Assembly: GCA_003222205.1 (NCBI GenBank)
Contig: QHVC01000046.1
Span: 1-49,628, forward strand
DNA length: 49,628 bases
Direction of reading: 5' to 3'
From: Gemmatimonadota bacterium
Lineage (GTDB): Bacteria > Gemmatimonadota > Gemmatimonadetes > Gemmatimonadales > GWC2-71-9
The notes under the pieces were generated by a model. That model had not been told where the DNA came from. It ran no database searches and saw only the letters and a program-made list of their open reading frames with translations. Shown here piece after piece: positions 28,879 to 36,153 of the stretch. Position 1 is the stretch's first letter. Every line of letters starts with the position of its first letter. A program made the position numbers and the translations under genes.

Positions 28879-29229
28879 ATGGCCGGCATACGATGGGCGC
28901 GCCTGCAGGTGGACGCCAATATCCGGCTCCGCCGCGGCGCCTGGTACAAGGTCGTGGGAGAGGAGGGCTTCGACCTCATCATCGAGGTGAACAGGAAGCC
29001 CGTGCGCGCGTTGCGTGCTCTCTTCGAAGTCCGCGACCGTCCGGTCCCCCGCTGGACGGTCGTGACATCCCCGCCGGGGAAGAAGACGCCGATGAGCGAG
29101 CGCTACGCCGTGTGCCCGAGCTGCAACGAGCGCGCGAACCTCAAGGGGAAGCCGAAGCGGATGACGTGCCCGCACTGCCGCTCCGAATTCGATATCGCCT
29201 GGGACGAGCCCTACCTGCGACCGCTCTGA
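28879..29229 (+). CDS. small hypothetical zinc-ribbon protein
   Basis: Basic, Trp-rich N-terminal beta region, then CPSC...CPHC; GAGGG upstream of the ATG. Confidence 0.8.
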   Translation: MAGIRWARLQVDANIRLRRGAWYKVVGEEGFDLIIEVNRKPVRALRALFEVRDRPVPRWTVVTSPPGKKTPMSERYAVCPSCNERANLKGKPKRMTCPHCRSEFDIAWDEPYLRPL

Positions 29230-30122
29230 TCCATGCCCTGGTGATCTGCAACCCGGCCGCGGGCCGCGGCCTGGCCCGGCGGGAGGGACCCCGGGTCGCG
29301 CGCGCGTTTCGCAAGCAGGGATGGACGGTGGACCTCGTCGAGACCAAGGGCCCGCTCCACGCCGGCCGCCTCGCCGCCGAGGCGGCTGGGCGTGGCGTCG
29401 AGCGGCTCATCGCGCTCGGCGGTGACGGCACCGTTCATGAGGTCGCCAACGGATTACTGCGCGCCCGGAGCGGCGCCGCACTCGCGGTGGTGCCGGTCGG
29501 CTCGGGGAACGACTTCGCCAAGCTCACCGGCATCTATCCGTACCGGCGCGACATCGAGCGGGCCGTGGCGAAGATCGCCACGGCCGCGCCCCGCCGGTTC
29601 GATGCGGGGCGGGTCCTGGGCGAGTACTTCGTCAACACCATGGGCCTGGGGTTCGGCCCGGCGGTGGTCCGCACCCGCAACGCGATGCCGTCGTTGAAGG
29701 GTTTTCTCTCCTACCTGGTCCCGGTGCTGCGCAGCTTCTGGAGCTACCGCCCGATTCATCTGGAGGTGATCGCTGCTGAGCGCCGGGAGACCGGGAACAT
29801 GATGATGCTCGAGGTGTGCAACGGGACGACGGCGGGCGGCGACTACCGCTTCGCGCCGGACGCCGATCCCGGCGACGGCCGCCTCGACGTTTGCCTCATC
29901 CGCGCCGTCTCGCTGCCGCGGTTTCTCCTCGCGATCCCGCGGGTCATGCGCGGCACCCATGGGACGATGCGCGAGGTGGTCCAGTTCCGCACGCGGTCGC
30001 TGACGATCCGCGGCGACGCCGCCCTGCTCCTGCACCTCGACGGCGAGCTGCGGGCGCCAGGCGCGGCCGAGTGCACGGTAACCGTGGAGCGAGCATGCCT
30101 GAACGTGTTGGTGGCCAAGTGA
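29226..30122 (+). CDS. diacylglycerol/lipid kinase family (YegS/DgkB-like)
   Basis: NPAAG, GGDGTVHEVANG, PVGSGNDFA, DGRLDV and DGE. Start is CTG 29226 or GTG 29241. Confidence 0.92.
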   Translation: MIHALVICNPAAGRGLARREGPRVARAFRKQGWTVDLVETKGPLHAGRLAAEAAGRGVERLIALGGDGTVHEVANGLLRARSGAALAVVPVGSGNDFAKLTGIYPYRRDIERAVAKIATAAPRRFDAGRVLGEYFVNTMGLGFGPAVVRTRNAMPSLKGFLSYLVPVLRSFWSYRPIHLEVIAAERRETGNMMMLEVCNGTTAGGDYRFAPDADPGDGRLDVCLIRAVSLPRFLLAIPRVMRGTHGTMREVVQFRTRSLTIRGDAALLLHLDGELRAPGAAECTVTVERACLNVLVAK

Positions 30123-30628
30123 GTCGGACGGCCGGACGGTCGGACGGTCGGACCACGGCACTAGGTACGGTGCTCGTCGTCTTTCTGTCCGTCAGTCCGA
30201 CCGTCCGGCTGTCCAGCCAAGACACCTCCCACGTTGTCGCGCCCGGGGCCCGGATCGTCTCCACAGACACCGCCCATCGCATCGGTCCCGGTGGCGCGTT
30301 CTGGCGCTCGCTGGTGCTCCCCGGATGGGGGCAGGCCGCCACCGGGCGGCACGTGTCCGGGGCGCTGTTCACGACATGGGAAGGCGTCACGGCGATGATG
30401 ACGCTCAAGGCGCGGCGCGAGGCGAACTATCTGAGCCGCATCGGCGGGACGGGGTTGAAGCTCAAGCGCCAGGAAGTGCAGGATTGGACCGTGTTGTGGG
30501 TCTTCAACCACCTCTTCTCCGGCGCCGAGGCGTACGTCGCGGCGCACCTCCAGGATTTCCCCAAGGATCTGAAGATCCAGGCTGTGCCCGGCGGCATCGG
30601 CGTGAGCTTGCCCCTGCCGCGCCGATGA
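30119..30628 (+). CDS. hypothetical exported/membrane protein (DUF5683-like)
   Basis: Signal-peptide-like N-terminus, PGGAFWRSLVLPGWGQ motif and EAYVAAHL; GTGA and ATGA overlaps with its neighbours. Confidence 0.75.
   Translation: MSRTAGRSDGRTTALGTVLVVFLSVSPTVRLSSQDTSHVVAPGARIVSTDTAHRIGPGGAFWRSLVLPGWGQAATGRHVSGALFTTWEGVTAMMTLKARREANYLSRIGGTGLKLKRQEVQDWTVLWVFNHLFSGAEAYVAAHLQDFPKDLKIQAVPGGIGVSLPLPRR
30123..30217. repeat. inverted pair of octamer tandem arrays inside a signal peptide
   Basis: Left arm GTCGGACG GCCGGACG GTCGGACG GTCGGACC (30123-30154); right arm TGTCCGTC AGTCCGAC CGTCCGGC TGTCCAGC (30186-30217) is approximately its reverse complement. Confidence 0.8.
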
Positions 30629-31425
30629 ACGATGCGCCGCTCGGCGTCTTCGACTCCGGCATCGGAGGGCTCACGGTCGCCCGCGCGCTGTTCGAGCGGC
30701 TGCCGCACGAGGCGGTGCTGTACTTCGGCGACACGGCGCGCGTCCCATACGGTCCCAAGTCGCCCGAGACGGTGCGACGCTATAGCGCCGAGATCCTCGC
30801 CTACCTCATCGGCCGCGGCGTCAAGGCGGTGGTCGTCGCCTGCAACACCAGCACGGCCCACGCCCTCGACCACCTGAGATCCCGCGCTTCGGTCCCGGTC
30901 GTCGGGGTCATCGAGCCCGGGGCCCGGGCCGCCGTGGCGGCGAGCCGATCGGGAACGATCGGCGTTATCGGCACGGTGGGCACGGTGGCGAGCGGGGCCT
31001 ATGAGCGGGCGATCAAAGCGCTGCGGCCCGACGCGACGGTCGTCTCGGCGGCGTGCCCGTTGTTCGTACCGCTCGTCGAAGAAGGGTGGTTCGACCATCC
31101 CGCCGCGGAGCTGATCGCGCGCGACTACCTCGAGCCGCTCCGTCGCTCGGGTGTGGATGTCGTCGTCCTCGGCTGCACGCACTATCCGCTGCTCAAGCCG
31201 CTGCTGCAGCGCGTGCTGGGGGCCGGCGTCCAGCTGATCGACAGCGCCGAAGCGACGGCTGCGCAAGTCGTCAAGGAGCTCGCGGCGCGTGGCCTCGCCG
31301 CGTCCGCGAGGCCCCGTCCCGAGCACGTGTTCGCCGTCTCGGACGACGAGCCGCGCTTCCGTCGGGTGGGGGAGCGGTTCCTCGGTGAGCGGCTGAAGCA
31401 GGTGAGCGTGGTGCCGCTGGGCTGA
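30625..31425 (+). CDS. murI: glutamate racemase
   Basis: GVFDSGIGGLTV, GDTARVPYG, VACNT and LGCTHYP. Confidence 0.96.
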   Translation: MNDAPLGVFDSGIGGLTVARALFERLPHEAVLYFGDTARVPYGPKSPETVRRYSAEILAYLIGRGVKAVVVACNTSTAHALDHLRSRASVPVVGVIEPGARAAVAASRSGTIGVIGTVGTVASGAYERAIKALRPDATVVSAACPLFVPLVEEGWFDHPAAELIARDYLEPLRRSGVDVVVLGCTHYPLLKPLLQRVLGAGVQLIDSAEATAAQVVKELAARGLAASARPRPEHVFAVSDDEPRFRRVGERFLGERLKQVSVVPLG

Positions 31426-31427
31426 CC

Positions 31428-32162
31428 CTACGCCGAAAAGCTCTTCAACTCGATGGCATCCCCAGTCACCACCGCGTAGCGGTAGCCGTCCAACCACGCA
31501 CCGGGATTGAGGTAGGCGCGCCCATCGGAGAGCCGCTCCAGGCAGGGCCGATGCGTGTGCGCGAGGATCACCAGCCCCACGTCGCGCCGCCGCTCGAGCA
31601 GCCCGCGCGCATACTCGGCTTGCGCGCGCGCGGCGCGGTCCAGCACCGCCTTGTCCCGGGTATTGTCCGCGAGCTTGCCGCTCAGCTTCGCCGCGATCCA
31701 GAAGCCGAGGTCGGGGTGCAATTTGCGGAACGCCCAGATGGTGAGCGGATGTCGCGTCACCCGGTGGAGCAAGGCGCCGCTCCAGTGCTGCTCGGTCAGC
31801 CCGTCGCCGTGCGCGATGTAGGCGTGCCGCCCGGCGAGGTCGAGCTCGGTTTCGCCCGCGTAGAACGCGATCCCCAGATCCCGGCGTAGAAAGTCGCCGC
31901 CCCAGCGGTCGTGGTTGCCGCCGATGAACGTGATGGCGACCCCGCGCGCGCGGGTCTGCTGCAACCGCGCGATGCTCGCGAAATGCTTGCGGGGCACCAC
32001 GGCGCGGTATTCGAACCAGAAATCGAACAGGTCGCCGTTGATCAGCAGGTGATCGCCGGGCTGGGGCACCCGGTCGAGAAATGCGTGGAACGCGGCCTCC
32101 GTGGCCGGAGGCACCTGACCCAGGTGGGCGTCCGCGACCACGAGGCACCGGGCGGGGGGCAC
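31428..32162 (-). CDS. lpxH: UDP-2,3-diacylglucosamine diphosphatase (LpxH-like metallophosphoesterase)
   Basis: ADAHLG, GDLFDFW.E, GNHD, HGDG and AHTH. Start is GTG 32162 or 32168. Confidence 0.8.
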   Translation of the reverse strand: MPPARCLVVADAHLGQVPPATEAAFHAFLDRVPQPGDHLLINGDLFDFWFEYRAVVPRKHFASIARLQQTRARGVAITFIGGNHDRWGGDFLRRDLGIAFYAGETELDLAGRHAYIAHGDGLTEQHWSGALLHRVTRHPLTIWAFRKLHPDLGFWIAAKLSGKLADNTRDKAVLDRAARAQAEYARGLLERRRDVGLVILAHTHRPCLERLSDGRAYLNPGAWLDGYRYAVVTGDAIELKSFSA

Positions 32163-32227
32163 GGACACAAGCTAACGCGTCAAAAGGCTTCCGTCTTTCC
32201 GTCGCTTTGTCGTAGATTGCCTACCAC

Positions 32228-33289
32228 ATGCCGACCACACGCGACAGAACCGCCGGTGAGCGGGTCGCCGCGCCGATCGCGGCGCCCGCGGCCCGCATGC
32301 CGGTTGTCCCTGGCGAGCGCGGCGTCGAGGTCCATCGGCGGCCGCCCCGCAACCCCGGCGGCCCGCTGGACCTGGACTGGGCGCTGGCGGTGCGGGTCAA
32401 TCGTAGCGCCGTCGAGCGTCGGGCGGCGACACTCCCCACCAGGCGCACCGTCAAGAAGCAGTGGCAGGCGGCGTGGTTGCTGCGCGCGATCAGCTGCATG
32501 GATTTGACGACCCTGCAGGGCGACGATACGCCGGGCAACGTGCGCCGCCTGTGCGCCAAGGCCCGCCGCCCTATCCGTGACGACCTCGTCGAGGCGTTGG
32601 GCGTGGGGCATCTCGGCATCACCGTCGGCGCCGTGTGCGTCTACCACCAGCTCGTCCCGGTTGCGGTCGAGGCGCTCGCCGGATCGGGGATCCCCGTCGC
32701 AGCGGTCTCGACGGGGTTCCCGGCGGGGCTCAATCCATTCCGCCAGCGGCTCGAAGAGATGCGCGCGTCGCTCGAGGCGGGCGCGCGGGAGATCGACGTG
32801 GTCATCACCCGCGGCCACGTGCTCACGGGTGCCTGGGAGGCGCTCCACGAGGAAGTCCGCGCGTTTCGGGAAGCCTGCGGCGACGCGTGCCTCAAGGTGA
32901 TTCTCGGCACCGGTGAGCTCGCGACGCTCACCAACGTCGCACGCGCCAGCCGCGTGGCGATGCTCGCAGGGGCGGATTTCATCAAGACGTCCACTGGGAA
33001 GGAGTCGGTGAACGCGACCCTGCCGGTGGGAGTCGTCATGGTGCGCCAGATCCGCGAGTTTCACGAGCGCAGCGGCGTGGCCGTCGGGTTCAAGCCGGCC
33101 GGTGGCATCCGCGCGGCGAAGCAGGCCCTGGAGTACCTCTACCTGATGAAGGAAGAGCTGGGCCATCCCTGGCTGCGTCCCGCGCTGCTGCGCTTGGGGG
33201 CCAGCGCCCTGCTCACCGACATCGAGCGTCAGCTCGAGCACTTCGCCACCGGGCGCTACTCGGCGGCGTACCGCCACCCGATGCCCTGA
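32228..33289 (+). CDS. deoC: deoxyribose-phosphate aldolase (long type)
   Basis: DLTTL.GDDT, AVCVY, GFPAG, EIDVVI, KVIL, GADFIKTSTGK, GFKPAGGI and RLGAS.LL. Confidence 0.94.
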   Translation: MPTTRDRTAGERVAAPIAAPAARMPVVPGERGVEVHRRPPRNPGGPLDLDWALAVRVNRSAVERRAATLPTRRTVKKQWQAAWLLRAISCMDLTTLQGDDTPGNVRRLCAKARRPIRDDLVEALGVGHLGITVGAVCVYHQLVPVAVEALAGSGIPVAAVSTGFPAGLNPFRQRLEEMRASLEAGAREIDVVITRGHVLTGAWEALHEEVRAFREACGDACLKVILGTGELATLTNVARASRVAMLAGADFIKTSTGKESVNATLPVGVVMVRQIREFHERSGVAVGFKPAGGIRAAKQALEYLYLMKEELGHPWLRPALLRLGASALLTDIERQLEHFATGRYSAAYRHPMP

Positions 33290-33295
33290 GCCGCC

Positions 33296-35704
33296 ATGAA
33301 TCATCCCACGGGCATCAGCGAGATCTTTGAGACGATGGAGTACGGTCCCGCGCCGGAGGCCGAACAGCCGGCGCTCGAGTGGATCACGCGCCACGGCGGG
33401 GAGTTCGGCCTCTACGTGGGCGGGCGCTGGGTGAAGGGGCAGGACGGCCGCGGCTTCGACGTGATCAACCCGGCGACGCGCGCCAAGCTCGCCCGGGTCG
33501 TTCAAGCGGGGCCGGCGGACGTGAGCGCCGCGGTCGCGGCCGCCCGGGCGGCGCTCCCCGGCTGGGCCGCCCTCCCCGGCCACGCCCGCGCGCGGCATCT
33601 CTACGCGCTGGCGCGGGCCGTCCAAAAGCACGCGCGGCTGCTCGCTGTCCTCGAGAGCCTCGACAACGGCAAATCGATTCGCGAGACCCGCGACATCGAC
33701 ATCCCGCTCGTCGCCCGCCACTTCTATCACCACGCCGGCTGGGCGCAGCTCCTCGAGACGGAGTTTGCGGGGCATGGGCCCGCCGGCGTCGTGGGCCAGA
33801 TCATCCCGTGGAACTTCCCGCTGCTGATGGTGGCGTGGAAGGTCGCGCCGGCGCTGGCGGCCGGATGCACCGTCGTCCTGAAGCCCGCCGAGTTCACACC
33901 GCTCACGGCCCTCGCGTTCGCCGAGCTGGCCCACGAGGCCGGCCTGCCGGCGGGCGTCCTCAACGTGATCACCGGCGACGGCGAGTCCGGCAAGCTGCTG
34001 GTCGACCACCCCGACGTGGACAAGATCGCGTTCACTGGCTCGACGGAAGTGGGGCGGCACATCCGCCAGGCCACCGCGGGCACCGGGAAGAAACTCAGCC
34101 TCGAGCTGGGCGGGAAAAGCCCGTTCATCGTCTTCGAGGACGCGGATCTCGACAGCGTTGTCGAGGGCGTCGTGGACGCCATCTGGTTCAACCAGGGGCA
34201 GGTCTGCTGCGCAGGCTCGCGCCTGCTGGTGCAGGAGGGTGTGGCCGCGCCGCTCATCGGCAAGCTGCGGGCGCGGATGGAGAAGCTCAGAGTGGGCTCG
34301 CCGCTCGACAAGGCGGTGGACATGGGCGCGATTGTGGCGCCCGTGCAGCTCGAGCGCATCCGCGGGCTCGTGGAGAAAGGCGTTGAAGAAGGGGCGCAGA
34401 TGTGGCAGCCGTCGTGGGCGTGCCCCACAGACGGCTACTTCTATCCGCCGACGCTGTTCACCGACGTGTCGCCCTCGGCGACGATCGCCCAGGTCGAGAT
34501 CTTCGGTCCGGTGCTGGTCTCCATGACGTTCCGTACCCCCGCCGAAGCGGTGGCGCTCGCCAACAACACCCCGTTCGGCCTGGCGGCGAGCGTGTGGACC
34601 GAAAACATCAACCTCGCCCTCGATATCGCGCCTAAGATCAAGGCCGGCGTCGTGTGGGTGAATTGCACTAACCTCTTCGACGCCGCGGCGGGGTTCGGCG
34701 GCTACCGCGAGTCGGGCTTCGGGCGCGAAGGGGGGCGGGAAGGGATGTGGGAGTATCTGAAGCCGGAGTGGGAAACAGCGAACGCGGAACGCGGAACGCG
34801 GAACGAACCCGCCGCGACTGTTCCGCGTTCCGAGGTCCCCGTTCCGCGTTCGGGGCAGCTCCCCGACATCGACCGAACCCCCAAGCTGTTCATCGGCGGC
34901 AAACAGGTTCGGCCCGACCAGACCTACAGCCGCCGCATCGTCGGGCCCGACGGGCGTGTCGTCGGCGAGGTCGGGGAAGGGAACCGCAAGGATGTCCGCA
35001 ATGCGGTCGAGGCGGCGCACGCCGCGGCGGGCTGGGCCCAGGCGACCGGCCATCTCCGCGCACAAGTCCTCTATTACATCGCGGAGAACCTCGCGCCGCG
35101 GAGCGCCGAGTTCGCTGCCCGCTTGGACGCCATGATCGGTGGGGGCGTGGACGCGGGGCGCCGCGAGGTCGACGCCGCCATCGCCCGGCTCTTCACCTAC
35201 GCCGCCTGGGCGGACAAATGGGATGGGGCGGTCCACCACACGCCGGTGCGGGGGGTGACGCTCGCGATGAACGAGCCGATCGGCGTGGTGGGCGTCGCGT
35301 GCCCGGCCGAGGCTCCCCTGCTAGGCTTCGTGTCGCTGGTAGCGCCCCTGGTGGCGACCGGCAACACGGTGGTGGCGATTCCTTCCGAAGCCGCGCCCCT
35401 GGCGGCGACCGATTTCTACGCCGTGCTCGAGACCTCCGACCTCCCCGCCGGCGTGATCAACATCCTGACCGGCTCGACCGACGCGCTCGCGCAGGTGCTC
35501 GCCGAGCACTTGGACGTGGACGGCGTCTGGTATTTCGGCGGGTCCGCCGGGCGGGCCGTCGAAGCCGCTTCGGCTGGGAACATGAAGCGCACCTGGGTGG
35601 AGCCCCACCGTCGCGATTGGCTCGATCCGCGCCAGGGCGAGGGGCGCGAGTTCCTGCGCCACGCCACCCAGGTCAAGAACATCTGGATCCCCTACGGCGA
35701 GTGA
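33296..35704 (+). CDS. two-domain aldehyde dehydrogenase (ALDH16-like)
   Basis: YGPAPE N-terminus, IIPWNFP, FTGSTEVG, LELGGKSP, NQGQVCCAGSR and EIFGPV, followed by a second degenerate ALDH domain ending KNIWIPYGE. Confidence 0.93.
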   Translation: MNHPTGISEIFETMEYGPAPEAEQPALEWITRHGGEFGLYVGGRWVKGQDGRGFDVINPATRAKLARVVQAGPADVSAAVAAARAALPGWAALPGHARARHLYALARAVQKHARLLAVLESLDNGKSIRETRDIDIPLVARHFYHHAGWAQLLETEFAGHGPAGVVGQIIPWNFPLLMVAWKVAPALAAGCTVVLKPAEFTPLTALAFAELAHEAGLPAGVLNVITGDGESGKLLVDHPDVDKIAFTGSTEVGRHIRQATAGTGKKLSLELGGKSPFIVFEDADLDSVVEGVVDAIWFNQGQVCCAGSRLLVQEGVAAPLIGKLRARMEKLRVGSPLDKAVDMGAIVAPVQLERIRGLVEKGVEEGAQMWQPSWACPTDGYFYPPTLFTDVSPSATIAQVEIFGPVLVSMTFRTPAEAVALANNTPFGLAASVWTENINLALDIAPKIKAGVVWVNCTNLFDAAAGFGGYRESGFGREGGREGMWEYLKPEWETANAERGTRNEPAATVPRSEVPVPRSGQLPDIDRTPKLFIGGKQVRPDQTYSRRIVGPDGRVVGEVGEGNRKDVRNAVEAAHAAAGWAQATGHLRAQVLYYIAENLAPRSAEFAARLDAMIGGGVDAGRREVDAAIARLFTYAAWADKWDGAVHHTPVRGVTLAMNEPIGVVGVACPAEAPLLGFVSLVAPLVATGNTVVAIPSEAAPLAATDFYAVLETSDLPAGVINILTGSTDALAQVLAEHLDVDGVWYFGGSAGRAVEAASAGNMKRTWVEPHRRDWLDPRQGEGREFLRHATQVKNIWIPYGE
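34778..34851. repeat. inverted pair of heptamer tandem arrays in the ALDH interdomain linker
   Basis: (AACGCGG)x3 plus a partial unit at 34781-34805, then GTTCCGC GTTCCGA GGTCCCC GTTCCGC GTTC at 34820-34851. Confidence 0.88.
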
Positions 35705-36153
35705 GCGCCGCCGCCCACGGTGTCCCCAAGGGGCCGGCCGAGTCCGTCATCGAGCTGCGCGTCAACTACTCCGAAACCGACCAGATGGGGGTGGTGTACC
35801 ACGCCAACTACCTCGTCTGGTTCGACCGGGCGCGGACCGAACACTTGCGGGTCACCGGGTACACCTATCGCGCCATGGAGGAGGCGGGCGTCTTCCTCGC
35901 GGTGACCGAGGCGCGCCTGCGCTTCCGCCGGCCGGCGCTGTACGACGATCTGGTGCGCGTGCGATGCTGGGTGCGCGACCTCGCGTCGCGCCGCGTGACG
36001 TTCGGCTACGCGGTCGAGCGCGCGGGCTCCGGCGAGCTGCTCGCGACCGGCGAGACGTCGCTCATCGCCCTCGACCGCCGGCGCAACCCCACCCGCATTC
36101 CGGAGCACGTGTGTGAGCGTCTTCAGACGGTGCCGGACCCGGTACGCCTGTAG
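35701..36153 (+). CDS. acyl-CoA thioesterase (YbgC/FadM, 4HBT family)
   Basis: RVNYSETDQMGVVYHANYLVWF..ARTE and PALYDD. Confidence 0.92.
   Translation: MSAAAHGVPKGPAESVIELRVNYSETDQMGVVYHANYLVWFDRARTEHLRVTGYTYRAMEEAGVFLAVTEARLRFRRPALYDDLVRVRCWVRDLASRRVTFGYAVERAGSGELLATGETSLIALDRRRNPTRIPEHVCERLQTVPDPVRL

Noticed and set aside
33287-33298. deoC TGA in frame with the ALDH ATG (possible Sec readthrough fusion, given selC)
   Set aside because: No convincing SECIS hairpin follows, the position is not a catalytic Cys site, and both genes are complete. An in-frame junction has a 1-in-3 chance.
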